From positions 201,128,001 to 201,192,000 of the forward strand of contig OX597814.1 of NCBI GenBank assembly GCA_951406725.2: DNA of 64,000 nt, written 5' to 3'. Every line of letters starts with the position of its first letter. Position 1 is the stretch's first letter. Position numbers and translations under genes: made by a program. The stretch comes from Octopus vulgaris (Eukaryota). This document shows, one piece after another, positions 50,000 through 63,314 of this stretch. The notes beneath the pieces are model-generated. The model saw only the letters and a list, made by a program, of their open reading frames with translations, made no database searches and was not told the origin of the DNA.

Positions 50000-50600
50000 T
50001 TTTCACTGAAATATGATGTTCATGAAAATGTTAAATAACCGTCTGCTGGTGCAAGAAGCGTATGACAGTTCCAGTGATCCAGAAATGGAGAATCTAGGGA
50101 CAAAGTGGTTTACACATCAACGATCCAACGGTAACAACACTAATGAGTAGAAATCCAAAATGGTGCTGCTAGGAAGTCAGGTCAGGAATTTCAAAGCTAG
50201 TGATTGCTGGTTAAAGCAATAAGGCGGCGAGCTGGCAGAAACGTTAGCAGCCGGGCGAAATGCTTAGCGGTATTTCGTCTGCCGGTACGTTCTGGGTTCA
50301 AATTCCGCCGAGGTCGACTTTGCCTTTCATCCTTTCGGGGTCGATAAATTAATTACCAGTTACGCACTGGGGTCGATGTAATTGACTTAATCCGTTTGTC
50401 TGTCCTTGTTTGTCCTCTCTGTGTTTAGCCCCTTGTGGGCAGTAAAGAAATATATAGCAATTTAGAAATCATCTTATGACTATCCAAGGTGAAGCGAGCA
50501 GAGAACTACTCAAAAAAATCGAACCATTTGGGGAAAAGCTAAACGATTTGATTGTGTATGAAAGACTCCTAATTTTCCGGAAGTATAATGGGAATGAAAG
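50000..50600 (+). mobile_element. pogo/Tigger-like transposase fragment (CENP-B-type HTH) interrupted by SINE B
   Basis: EMENLGTKWFTHQRSNG and FKASDCWLKQ|FRNH read across the SINE insertion (compare FKASNGWLxxFKxRH). Confidence 0.6.
50222..50450 (+). mobile_element. SINE family B (Meta domain), full length with TSD
   Basis: AGGCGGCGAGCTGGCAGAAACGTTAGC..GGTTCAAATTCC..GTCGACTTTGCCTTTCATCCTTTCGGGGTCGATAAA; flanking TA(A/T)AGCAAT. Confidence 0.93.
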
Positions 50601-51199
50601 TGGGTTGTATTGATAGTCTTTACTCCGAAATACCCAATACATATAATGGTCTAGTCAGTCTCTTGCTACTCTGGGGTTTTGCTGTATGCTTGATGGGTAG
50701 TAACCTGTGTATGTGTGTGTGTGTGTGTGTATAGTGAAAGAGGAAGAGTGAGACAGAGGAAGAGAGACAAAGATAAAGAGGCAGATGGAGATTTCTTATA
50801 TGAAAGGAATAGCTTTTCTTTTGAACATAATGTTTTGTAAACACGACTGTGTTCTAATTCAATCATTTTTATTAACGTTTACTCGCATTTGCGTATCAGA
50901 CCCTTGTATTTCGTTTGGAACAATAAAATTCCCAAATCCATCTTTTAACATTAATGTTTCTGGGATATCTCAGCCTCATCTTCAGGATATGGGTTGATTT
51001 TGGCTTCTGTGCTGCCTTTTTTCTTTATATCGTGGGCATCATATACCGATTCAGATTTTCGCACATTATATGCAGAAAAGATGAAAACATAACAAAAACC
51101 TGATTAAACGAAACACAAAACTTACCACATGAAACCATAAGCTGACACTATATATACATAACTAAAATACGATGCAAAAACTTCTTGCCAATCTGTAAA

Positions 51200-51640
51200 C
51201 ATGTAAACCTGAGAGCAAACTTAGGCTGATCAATGTAGTTTATAAGTTTGAGAGTAGGAATAACAACAGCAAACTTTCAACATTCACCATGCATTTAAAA
51301 CGAGGAGCGATTGCTACATACAACACGACATATAATTAAACAAAGCCAGATAATAATATATTAGCAGAAAATATTTCCATACTTTACAGAATTCCCCACA
51401 GAAATAGACAACAGATTATGGAAACAATACTAATATTGCAACACAAAGCTACAATTAACATTCGTAATATATACCGATCTGCCGACGTCGAACTTTTCGG
51501 TTTAACGCTCAAATTCTGTCAGAAAAGTCTGTATAAACATAAGCTAGTCACTATCAAACGAACAACACAGAAACCGGATCCCCCACCACATCCTGAAGAT
51601 GAGACTGTGATAGCATGGAAGTGTTAATGATGAAGATGAA
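51200..51640 (+). mobile_element. Decayed Penelope-like GIY-YIG end with degenerate HHR-like motif
   Basis: NVVYKFES, METILILQHKATINIRN; CCTGAAGATG..GGAAGTGTTAATG at 51591-51629. Confidence 0.45.
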
Positions 51641-52019
51641 TTTGGGTATTTTATTGTTCTAAATGAGACACAAGGGTTTGAGGTGTAGATACGGGAAAAT
51701 GTTAATAAAATGCATTGTTTTCAAAATATCATGTTCAAAAGAAAATCTCTTCTTCCTATAAATTATCTGCTTCTCTCTCTCTCTCAAATGTGCATACGTA
51801 AGTACGAACGTATGTATGTATGTATGTATGTATGTATGTATGTATGTATGTATGTATGTATGTATGTATGTATGTGTGTATTTATATATATTTAGGTAGG
51901 TGTGTGTGGATGTATTTATGTATGTGTCTTCTATTTTATTATTACAAATCTTCCACTGAGGAGGGAGCCAGTTTCCAAGAAAGATAGAAGACTCCATCTT
52001 TGGGTTGTGATTAACACAG

Positions 52020-52810
52020 ACAAATTCACATTTGGAACTTGAGAAAAGTCTTGCATATTTTTACTGTACCTCTCACAGATTGGACTTGTAATGTACGAAT
52101 CAGCCGGCTGATTTCTCTTTCTGGAAATCCCAGTTTATTCAGATTCTCCTTTAAGCATTTACTAACAAAACCTAGTGCTCCACTTATTATTGGTATGAAT
52201 ATAAACTCATAGTCTAGATATAGAAGCTGGAGGTTTCGAAGTAGTTGTCCATAGATATCCATTTTTTCTTTGATTTTCAAAGAGATATACACAGGGCAGC
52301 TAACCTCTAAGCGCCTCTATTCCAAGTAGCAATATCCGGCCTTTTATGCTTATATTTGACAGAAGATTTGATGGGAATATTCCACCAGTATTCTTTGAGT
52401 TGGTGATTGTGAATGTATTCCATAACAGGGATTTTCTAAGTTTTCTGCGTATGGCATTGTAAATTGTTTTAGCAGCGACATCGCGCCGCATAGGGAGGTT
52501 TTAAATGATGAGTTTTAAATGACTGAAGTTTAGTAATTAAAAATGCGATATTTCATGAGAAAGAACCTAATATTTCTAGCAATTGAAAATCCTACCACGT
52601 AACCATTTGTTTTCTGAAATGGGAATGATAATGGATTCAGTGCCAAAATGAAAAGAAGTACAGAAAGACTATCTTCCTTCAACAGCTATGAATGAGGGAT
52701 AGATTCGAATGCCTTTCTTATAGTTAAGCCATGCTGTCACAAGGTTTGCGCGTTGTCTTCTTACTTCAGTCAGTATAGCTTTATTTATGGAAAGTTGTTT
52801 GGCACATACC
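52020..52810 (-). mobile_element. R4/Dong-like LINE fragments (RT piece and RLE end)
   Basis: [31 protein letters not shown]; MRRDVAAKTIYNAIR; RPDIATWNR; KMDIYGQLLRNLQ..IPIISGALGFV..GTVKICKTFLKF. Confidence 0.8.
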
Positions 52811-52828
52811 CACATGTATGTATATACG

Positions 52829-52883
<55 letters not shown>

Positions 52884-52934
52884 ACATATATTTATATACA
52901 TCTATCTATCTATCAATTTGTCTAGTTCTCTCTC

Positions 52935-52983
<49 letters not shown>

Positions 52984-53023
52984 GTATATATATATATGTA
53001 TATATGTATGTATATATTATATT

Positions 53024-53089
<66 letters not shown>

Positions 53090-53164
53090 GGGGAGTGGTA
53101 TGCGTGTGTACGATTTGTGTTGGCTGTCTGAAGAAACAGAACTTAATACGATGGTGGAGATTAT

Positions 53165-54480
53165 TAATACATCAAGATAAACATTTCCTCTCATTTTTTT
53201 TGGATAACATAATCCCATCGCTTTGGCAAACTGTTGATCCCTCGAGCGTCAGATTCTTCAGGTTTCGAAGTAAATAAACACTTAATATTATTTTTAACCT
53301 CTTCACAATTAATAAACTGTTTTTCCCTTTAAATAATGTTGCAATGATCTGAAAAAAAAATATATTCAGATGGATCAAAGTTTTAAGATTAGGAAAAAAG
53401 GCAAAACTTTGATATTTGGTGCCATGATCTTTTCCAGAATAACTTAGGGAATATACGGTCTTGAATTTTCATGTAAGAGCAACACTCCCTTACGACTGAC
53501 CACGACGGACGAAATGCTTATCGGCATGTCGTCTATCGATACGCTCTGAGATCAAATTCTGCCGAGGTTGACTTTGCCTTTCATCCTTTCGGAGTCGATA
53601 AAAAAAGTACCACTTGAGTGCTGGGGATCAATGTAATCGACTGTTCCCTTCCCCCAATTTTAGGCTTTGTTCCTATGGTATAAAGTATTAATGGGTGCTT
53701 TTACTGCAAATTTTTGTTCAATTTGTCCTCCATTTTGGTGCAACACTTCATGATAGAGGACATCCTTCACATCCCACCAAACATGGAGCATAATTTTTTT
53801 CAGGTGTAGTCCTAGTTTGAGAATGACATGTCTCTTTTCATTGGAGGATAACTATTGTCGTTTTCATTGACTATGATTATAGAAAATCCACTTTTCTTCA
53901 CTCGTCATTCTACCCAGAAAAGTTAAGAAAGAAAGTCTACATTTCAATGTCCAGCCGAAGGGCGACCCTTTGATGAAGCTGACAAGCAGTTAGATGATGA
54001 GTGAAAGTGTTTTATAATCGAAATGTAGCTTGAACTAAAGTTTTATCAATTTTCATGGAGCTTCCTTTGAATTTTTCTCAACAACAGTTTTCAGAAGCTC
54101 GCTATTGATAGAATGTTGTGTAGACGCCCCCAGACGATGAAGTAGACTAGCCCAATACGTAGATATAGAAGGAGAAGTCTAGCAGTCGTAGACTAGTCAG
54201 AGAAGAGTAGCAGAGTAGCGTTGAGTAGCACAGTAGTAGAGAGCGCACAGCTGAGTAGTAGAGGGATCCGAACGTGCAACATAACATAGAACTTAACCGT
54301 CCATATCAATAAGACCCTGCAAGAATAAAGTTTCCCGAGCAAGACTGCCTAAACCATCGTTGGCATATCTGGACGCTTAAATCTTCATTTTTATTGATAG
54401 AGTGAATATTTCTTGCCGCTTTCATTGCTGAATAGACCCTTTTGAATTTATACAGCATGTGTGCCTGATGTGGATCTGAC
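53165..54480 (-). mobile_element. Old mariner element interrupted by SINE B and a solo LTR
   Basis: AARNI..ICQRWF (N-terminus), [37 protein letters not shown]. Confidence 0.72.
54114..54286. mobile_element. Solo LTR-like insertion (173 bp)
   Basis: TGTT...AACA termini flanked by a perfect 5-bp TSD TAGAA (54109-54113 and 54287-54291). Confidence 0.8.
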
Positions 54481-54784
54481 CTAGGGTTATTTTAAACGGA
54501 TGAAATCAATACGAGTGTAACCACTAATGTATAAAATAATCTGCAAAGAGAAAACAAACATGGGACTATAAAATTAAAGCATAGAAAACGTATCCTCAAA
54601 ATGATCTCGTCCAAAATGCGACAGATCTTTCTTTCCAACTTAATATGTATCTCTTTTTGTATCTGATCTTTGCTGTGGATCTTCAATAAGAATGAAGCTG
54701 TATCCTTAATTTGCCATTTCTGTATACAATGACAAAGAATAAATCTTGCGAACGGACTTGATATTAACGAAATACCTCTTGAAA

Positions 54785-54848
54785 TCACCTGAGGAGACAC
54801 ATCTACGCCGAGGGATCGATGCTAGATGGGTCAAAACGTTTGTAGTGA
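54785..54848 (+). ncRNA. Type I hammerhead motif with G12A decay
   Basis: TCAC-CTGAGGA-GACaCATCTA..TAGATGgGTC-AAAA-CGTTTG-TA-GTGA. Confidence 0.55.
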
Positions 54849-55159
54849 GCAATAAAGTTTCTCGTATCTTCCAGTTTCCGTTTTTCTCATTAATCGCACC
54901 CAACGAACAATAAGCCAGTGAATGTGCTTTAGCGGTAAACTACCAGGTCTATACAATATCATTTAGTAACAGTTAATAATAATGATGATGATGATGATGA
55001 TGATTTATTTGCTTCAACGGCAAAGGATGAGGGAGGCAATACAAAGACAGATATAAGGTGTGGAGGGTTTCCATATAATGAAATGATAAACAAAATTAAA
55101 AAAAGTATACACGGTATACACTGAAAAGAAGGGACATATACACAGCATACAAAGGTTTA

Positions 55160-55192
<33 letters not shown>

Positions 55193-55265
55193 TATTATTA
55201 TTATTATTATTATTATATGTATATATTTATATATATATATGTGTGTATATATATATGTATATATT

Positions 55266-55318
<53 letters not shown>

Positions 55319-55324
55319 GTATAG

Positions 55325-55374
55325 CAAAAACTGTCCGATGAACGGCAACGGGAAACTCAGAGTAACAGGTTTTG
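55325..55374 (+). ncRNA. Minimal type I hammerhead motif (C4 variant) in a TA-embedded repeat
   Basis: CAAAAACTGT-CCGATGA-aCG(GCAA)CGg-GAAA-CTC(A)GAG-TA-ACAGGTTTTG. Confidence 0.55.
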
Positions 55375-55474
55375 TTGAATTTTCTGCTGCTTTAAATAAA
55401 GCATATTACTCTACCACTGGTATTTGAGTACTCTTTTTTCCACCTTGTTTCACATTTATGTGTTTACTCCGGTA

Positions 55475-55571
<97 letters not shown>

Positions 55572-55596
55572 GTATATATATGTATATATATGTATA

Positions 55597-55717
<121 letters not shown>

Positions 55718-56149
55718 AAACAAGTCAAAATAGAAAATGCTAAAATAATTTTATAAAGAACATTTCAGTACCGGTTTCGGTCATTTTGAGACCTTTTCAA
55801 CTGTAACGATTAAATAATTAAATTTAGAAACATTAGAAGAAAAGTTTTTTTAAAGGAATATTTGTATAGTGTTCAGATATAAGTGGCATTCTGCCTTTCT
55901 CTGACTCCCTTGTTTGCACTTGTGTGTTCGAGGTCGTTGTGAATTCTTGGTAGGGTAGAAGAAGAAGAAGGCTGATGAGGGTGGAAAAATTTGGGAGTGC
56001 CTTGATTGTTGTATTTTGAATGGTCAGTGACGGCTAGCAGTTGCAGTTCAATTCAGGAGAATATTTCTATTGAGAGGTTTGTTTACGGAATTTGCGTGGG
56101 TGTTTTACTAAAAAGCATTAGTGATAAAGTTAAGAGGTAGAAGGTGGAG

Positions 56150-56350
56150 CAGAAGAAGAAGAAGAAGAAGAAGAAGAAGAAGAAGAAGAAGAAGAAGAAG
56201 AAGATGATGACGATGTTGATGATGATGATGATGATGAAGAAGAAGAAGGATAAGGAGAAGAAGATGATGATGATGATGGTGGTGATGATGATGACGACGA
56301 TGATGATGATAATGATGATGATGAAGAAGAAGAGGAGGAAGAAGAAGAAA
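56150..56350. repeat. (GAA)n/(GAT)n microsatellite
   Basis: Direct reading. Confidence 0.95.
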
Positions 56351-56589
56351 ACAGAGAAGGGAGAATATGAATGGGTGAAAGTAGTGAGGTGTTGTATGAC
56401 TTGAAGTTGGCATGTTATGGATTATAGCTGTGATTGGGGCTGATTAGTAATGGATTCTTTGGAATGTAATATTTGTGTGTGTATATTTCTTTTATTCTAA
56501 AGTTGAGGTATATACCTCAACTTTACAAATATACAAATATTCCTTTAAAAAAACTTTTCTTCTAATTTTTCTAAATTTAATTATTTAAT

Positions 56590-56637
56590 CGTTACAGTTG
56601 AAAAGGTCTCAAAATGACCGAAACCGGTACTGAAACG
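56590..56637 (+). ncRNA. Minimal type I hammerhead with U3-A8 core variant (mirror copy at 55761-55808, minus strand)
   Basis: CGTTACAG-TTGAAAA-GGTC(TCAAAAT)GACC-GAAA-CCGG-TA-CTGAAACG. Confidence 0.65.
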
Positions 56638-56718
56638 TTCTTTATAAAATTATTTTAGCATTTTCTATTTTGACTTGTTTTTTCATATATATCAACTTGT
56701 GTGTTCCTTTTCACCCTT

Positions 56719-56757
<39 letters not shown>

Positions 56758-56758
<1 letters not shown>

Positions 56759-57160
56759 CTGATCTGATCTGGCAAAGTTTCTACAGCTGGATACCCATAC
56801 TAATGCTAACCACTCTGAGAGTGTAGTGGGTGCTTTTACATGCTACTGACATGAGAGCCAGTCAGGCGGTTCTGGCAATGACCATGCTCAAAAGGTGTTT
56901 TTACATGCTACCTGCATGGGAGCCAGTCTGGCGGCAACGACCATGTTCGAATGTTGTTTTACACGTGCCACCAGCACATGTGCCAGTAAAGCGATACTGG
57001 CAATGGTCACACTTGAATGGTACTTTTCATGTGTTACCGGCATGGGAGCCAATTCATGGCCTTGGCAACAATTACACTCTAATGTGGTTTCAACGCTCCA
57101 CTGGCACGTGTGCCAATCAGGCAAACACTGTCATGGGCCACGTCAGCAATTTTGATTTGT
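56758..57160 (-). mobile_element. RTE 3' UTR copy with ~45-bp internal repeats
   Basis: Homologous to 41620-41968. Confidence 0.82.
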
Positions 57161-57174
57161 TTGAATTGATGTGA

Positions 57175-57457
57175 TTACTCTTTTACTTGTTTCAGACTGT
57201 GGCCATGCTGGAGCACCGCCTTTAGTCAATCAAATCGACCCCAGGAAATCGAACCGTTAAGTTACGGGGACGTAAACACACCAGCTTCAGTTGTCAAGCA
57301 GGCTTCTTTCAGTTTCCGTCAACGAAATCCACTCAAGGCTTTGGCTGGCCCAAGGCTATAGTAGAAGACACTTGCCCAAGGTTCCACGTAGTGGGACCAA
57401 ACCCAGAACCATGTGGTTGGTAAGCAAGCTACTTACCACACAGCCACTCCTGCCCTA
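57175..57457 (-). mobile_element. SINE family A with internal deletions (no microsatellite)
   Basis: Head and tail match 47035-47461. Confidence 0.85.
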
Positions 57458-57679
57458 TTGTATATAATTTTTAAATGACATTGTTGGTGGGTGTGATAGG
57501 CCAGATCTGGCAGGTTTGAACATAAACAGATTGACTATTTGAGCCTGATAGGGTCAGTTTGAATATTAAAAGGTTAAGAGTGAATGGCGGCAGGGTGGGG
57601 TGGTGGATAAAAACCAACCCAGTTTCAACTAAGATCACAGGAGTTCTTTATCAATTTTTATTCTTTTGTTCCCATATTT

Positions 57680-58075
57680 CTGTTGAAGTTGCTTTCGTTT
57701 CAATCAATTTTAGAAATAATGAAGAATTTATTAAAATAACCCTCATTTTTAATTTGGTGTTTGGGACAAATTAATATTACATTTTAATGGAAGAATTTTT
57801 ACTTAAATCACTTGAAAACAGGAAGTGTGTATCAGAGAATCAGGAGCAGTTTCACATGGGCTGCATCGAAAGAGGGGACACTTTTGATGCTATATTTTCA
57901 TTGAAATTCACTGCTTTTGTTTCATTTAATTTTGAGAATAATGAAGAATTTGGTAAAATAACTGTCATTATTAAGCTGGTGTTTGGAAAAGAAATTGATA
58001 GGAAATTTAGATGGAAGGGTTTTATTTTAATTTAGATGACTTCAAAACAGGAAGTGTGAATCAGAGAATCAAAAG
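57680..58075 (+). repeat. Diverged tandem duplication (~230-bp unit)
   Basis: AATAATGAAGAATTT..AAAATAAC..TGGTGTTTGG..AAAACAGGAAGTGTG.ATCAGAGAATCA occurs twice. Confidence 0.75.
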
Positions 58076-58272
58076 TTGTGGTCGAAGTGAGGTTAGATGC
58101 CAGTAGAAGAAGAGATTTTGATGTGTATGAGGGGCTGGTTAGGTCACGCCTTAAGAAATCCAACATCCTTCTTTACATATGAGGCTCTGACATGAATCCC
58201 AAATGGGAAGTGGGGGAGAGGACCCTGAAAGATAACTGGAGACAAGATACTGTGTGGCAGAACTGTAAAAGT

Positions 58273-58690
58273 AGGCGGCGAGCTGGCAGAAACGTTAGCA
58301 TGCCGGGCGAAATGCTTAGTGGTATTTCGTCTGCCATTATGTTCAGAGTTCAAATTCTGCCGAAGTCGACTTTGCCTTTCATCCTTTTGGGGTCGATAAA
58401 TTATGTACCAGTTACACACTGGGGTTGATGTAATCGACTTAATACCTATGTCTGTCCTTGTTTGTCCCCTCTGTGTGTAGCCCCTTGTGGGTAATAAAGA
58501 AATAGGTATTTCGTCTGCCGTTATGTTCTGAGTTCAAAATCCTCCGAGGTCAACTTTGCTTTTCATCCTTTCAGGGTCGGTTAAATAAGTATCAGTTATG
58601 CACTGGGGTCGATATAATCGACTTAATCCGTTTGTCTGTCCTTGTTTGTCCCCTCTATGTTTAGCTCCTTGTGGGCAATATAGAAATAAG
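58273..58690 (+). mobile_element. Dimeric SINE B within a single TSD
   Basis: Full unit plus a headless unit joined at AAAGAAATAG|GTATTTCGTCTG; flanking direct repeat AGAACTGTAAAA. Confidence 0.88.
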
Positions 58691-59287
58691 AACTGTAAAA
58701 TTAGGGATCCAACTTAAGAGAAACAGAAAAGACAGCCCAGTGTTGAGAACAGTAGAGGCAAGTCGTTGATGGCCCAGGCTTCATAGGGAGCAAAGGGCTA
58801 AAGTTAGTAAACAAGTACCGAAAAATCAGGGTCAGTGTCAGAGGGGCTGGAATCAAAAAGGTTAATTCCAGACAACCAATAGATTCCTTATAAAACAAAG
58901 TTAAATAATCACAACCAGAGATCGCACATGTGCAATAGAACCTTGCCACAATTCTTTGTCAACAATTATTCTAAATTCCGCAGAGTCTGTCCAATGTTTT
59001 GTGTGAGTTTCATACTTATACACAAATAGTAATTGAAAAATAAAACAATTTACTTTAATTTGAGAAAACAATACATAACCATTAAGGTGGAAAAAGAAAA
59101 CAAACTGTTTTTAAATGTTTGAAAGAGAAGACAAGAACCTGTCTGGGAGAAGTGATTAGGTCATGAGTGGTTTTATTTGATTCCATATCTAAATTGTTTT
59201 CAAGTAGAACCATTGTGCCATAACTTTAATATATCAAGTTGGGAGATTTATTATAAAAGTGATAAATAAAAAGATAAGAAGAAAAAG

Positions 59288-59409
59288 CAATGACGATGGT
59301 GATGATGATGATGAGGAGGACGATGATGATGTTGGTCATGATGATAGTGGTGATGATGATGATGTTGATGACGGAGACGACGATGATGTTGATGATAATG
59401 TCGATGATG

Positions 59410-59441
<32 letters not shown>

Positions 59442-60290
59442 AATGTTGATGATGATGATGATGATGAGGATTATAAAAAGGAGGAGGAAGCTGAGTTTGG
59501 CGTTCAAGATAATGATGTTGTAGGCTGTGCCAGCAGTGGTGGTCATGATGATGTTGGTCTTGATGTGATTTCTACTGATAATGATGATGGTACGGGGGAT
59601 TGTAGAGGCTATGGCAATGGCAGTGGTGATGGTGGTGAGGGCGGTGGTGGGTGATGATGTGTGTGGGGGGGTAATGGTGTTGGTGTTAATGACAATGAGG
59701 GTTGTGGAAGCATTGGTGGTAATGGTAATGGTGGTGGGGGTGGTGATGATGATGATGATGATGACAAAAACAGCAGCAATGATAATGACGATGACGATGA
59801 TAATGATGATGATGATGGTGATGACGAAGATAATGATGATGGTGATGATGGTGGTGGTGGTGGTAATGATGATGGTGATGATGATGATGGTGGTGGTGGT
59901 GGTAATGATGATGGTAATGATGATGATGATGGTGGTGGTGGTGGTGATAATGGTGGTGGTGATGATGGTAATGATGATGATGATGGTGGTGGTGGTGATG
60001 ATGGTAATGATGATGGTGGTGGTGGTGGTGGTGATGATGGTGGTGGTGGTGATGATGATGATGATGATAATGATGATGATGACGACGATGGTGATGATGA
60101 TGGTAATGATGACGATGATGGTATTGATGACAGTGATGATGATGGTATTGATGGTGATGATGATGACTGCAACCATGGCTGATTGCAATCACCACGACGA
60201 TAATGGTGGTGATGGCAATCGCATCACGTTGGTGAATAATGGTTCTAAATGTTGTAATGTTAATGATAATGACAACGGACAATGATAATG
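59288..60290. repeat. Long compound (GAT/GGT)n microsatellite
   Basis: Direct reading. Confidence 0.95.
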
Positions 60291-60652
60291 TTGTTATATT
60301 TTGAAAAAAACAAAACCTTCAACATCATAAATATAAATGCCATTACAACTTCAAAAACACTCCGTTCACATTAGCGAGGTTTCTCTCGTTGTTGTTGCTG
60401 TTGTTGTAGTTGTTGTCTGTAGAAAGTTTGTGTGTGTATTTTGGGATGTACGCATGATGAAATGTCAAGCTAGACGTGATATCAGTTTTCGAATCAAAAC
60501 CTAACGTAGAAGATGTGTTAAGAATAAATGTGCTTTGAGTATTGAGGTTTGTTTTGCGGAGAAAGATACAAGACTTCAGAAGATCTTCATAAGTTCTCTC
60601 TTTAATAAATCTAATAATCATAAAAAGGAAAGAAAGCTATATATACATATAA

Positions 60653-60696
<44 letters not shown>

Positions 60697-60857
60697 AACA
60701 AAAAAAAAAAAGATATTAATGTGATATATATTGTTCAGCAATGATAATAAAGAATATTTAAAGTCTTTATCAAAGCCATCCATCATAGAACAAAGATGAG
60801 CTTTACCAAAATCTATTGTGTATTCTTTGTCCTCTCAGCACGCTTACAGCATTTGTT

Positions 60858-60875
60858 TTATTATCATCATCATCA

Positions 60876-60934
<59 letters not shown>

Positions 60935-61002
60935 GTTATTATTATTATTATTATTATTATTGTTATTGTTATTATTATTATTATTGTTGTTGTTGTTGTT
61001 GT
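60858..61002. repeat. (TTA/TTG)n microsatellite
   Basis: Direct reading. Confidence 0.95.
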
Positions 61003-61555
61003 TTTATTTTTTATTTATTTATTCATTTATTTTATTTATTTAATTTTTTAAGTTTTTTTTTTAGTTCTTTGACTTTTCGACCATCACAAGCATATTCGAA
61101 TGTCTGAATGTCAGGGATCATAAATTAATGTTATTCGTTATTTTCATAATAGCGTGATTACGACAACTTAAAAGAAACAAAAACCTCTTTTAAGGGATAC
61201 AAAAGCAAATAAATGTTAGAGGGTTCAAACTTAGTTGAAGTTATAAATGTTTCAAATATCTTTATTGAATGCCTGATTAAATAGTTTAATAAGAATTTCT
61301 TGTGTGACCCATTCAAGCACAAAAAGTGAATGTTAAAATTAATATATGTTAAAAGACAGAATTTATAATTGATTAATTAAGGAATATTTACAAAGTAATT
61401 TGCAAAGGTACATGGCTTAGTGGTTGGGGTATTTGGTGGACAATCATAAGTTCTTGGGGGTAGATAACTTAGATAACTAAGACTGGTTTCAGCCATTATC
61501 AGCCCAGGCCATGACTAACTCAATAGCACCACCAGGAAAAGTCTGTTAGTTAATT

Positions 61556-61840
61556 ATCATCATCATCGTCATCAGTTAATATCCGCTTTCCATGCTGGCA
61601 TGGGTTGGACGGTTTGACTGAGGACTGGTGAGCCAGAAGGCTGCACCAGGCTTAATCTGATCTGGTAATGTTTCTACAGCTGGATGCCCTTCCTAATGCC
61701 AACCACTCCAAGAGTGTAGTGGGTGCTTTTATGTGCCACCGGCACAGGAGCCAGTCAGGTGGCTCTGGCAACGACCATTCTCAAAAGCTGTTTCTACGTG
61801 CTACCTGCACGGGAGCCAGCCCAGCAGCACTGGCAACATC
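61556..61840 (-). mobile_element. RTE 3' tail copy
   Basis: CATCATC..ATCCGCTTTCCATGCTGGCATGGGTTGGACGG..GGATGCCCTTCCTAATGCC. Confidence 0.88.
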
Positions 61841-61842
61841 CA

Positions 61843-61910
<68 letters not shown>

Positions 61911-61914
61911 TGTA

Positions 61915-61948
<34 letters not shown>

Positions 61949-63157
61949 CATGTATGTATCATGTTATTTGCATCATTAGCGACGTCCTGTACCCATATAT
62001 GCATGTATGTATATATATATATATATATATTATTTATGATTTATATATACACACACATGTGTATGTATGTATTTATGTATATATATATGTGTTTGTGTGT
62101 ATATATATATTGCTAGTGCGTTTATGTCTCTCTCTCTCTATATATATATATAGACTTTTTGTCTTCTTTATAGTTTTGATTGCGCAGCTGGTATATTGGT
62201 ATTGAGAATGATTGAGTGATTAGTTGGTGTAGATGAGGAATTTCTCAGCTACTCTCGAAGCCTACCACAGCTTTTGCCAGGTTTCAAAGCAACCATTTTA
62301 TTCTGTTACCAGGAGTAGGATTTGAAGTCAGAATTCACAGAACTTGAACGAATATCACAAGATACTCTCTCCGATGCCATTACCACATTGCCAATTCAAA
62401 GCTGCACATGCACACAGATACAAACACAACACATACAACAACAGCACACATATATGTACAGACACACCACACACACATGAAAACGTGCATGTGCATGTAG
62501 AAACACATGCATACAGCCATGCCAACACACTCCTATGAATGCATTCCAACATACGCAGAAACATTTCTAAACAGACATTTAGTGATTCACAGAAAGGAAA
62601 CGCAAGACGCATTTGACTGGGAGAAATTAGCTGGAAATGATGGAATCAGAGTAAACACAAGAAAACATAGATTTAAACATAAGGTTTATAACTTGTGAGA
62701 GATTACTCAGAGAAAGCCAAGTGAAAGTCTACATTCTCACTAGAAACGGTGATTCCAATTAATGGGAAACACTTGCAATCCTATTATAATGTGTGGCCTG
62801 ATAGGCCTTTTAGTGTTTTCTGCATAAAATCAGCTTAGATATCGATTTATTTCAAAGGGAAAATTGTTTCTTTGCTGTGAGAAAGATGAAAATTGTGATG
62901 GATTCAGTGCAATGAGATAACAGGTTGGAAACGATTGACCTCTTAGCTGCTGTTTGACTGGGATTTATAAATGGAGGTGCAGTTTTACAACAGCTCACCA
63001 AAATTCTTTCTACAGATGAGGGAGCTAACGATGGAGTTTTTATTTGATCTGCTTGAAATAGCAGCCTGTATCTCTATCACGTCACAGCTTGCCTTCTAAA
63101 AAAATGGAAGGATACATTGGAAGAGGTAGAAATAAAAATATATCATCATCATTATAG

Positions 63158-63295
63158 ATGCAGCAGTGGCTGCGTGGGAAGAAGCTTGCTTCCCAACCAC
63201 ATGGTTCTGGGTTCACTCCCACTGCGTGGCACCTTGGGCAAGTGTCTTCTACTATAGCCTTGGGCCGACCAAAGCCTTGTGAGTGGATTTGGTCC
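63158..63295 (+). mobile_element. SINE family A, 5' half
   Basis: Head and body match the other copies. Confidence 0.85.
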
Positions 63296-63314
63296 ATTGT
63301 ATATATATATATAT

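Noticed and set aside
59226-60285. Long ORFs with poly-I/D/H/M/S (also at 8.9, 11.0 and 12.8-13.5 kb, and all YIYI/CVCV ORFs)
   Set aside because: They are translations of microsatellites, open in several frames on both strands, with no coding signal.
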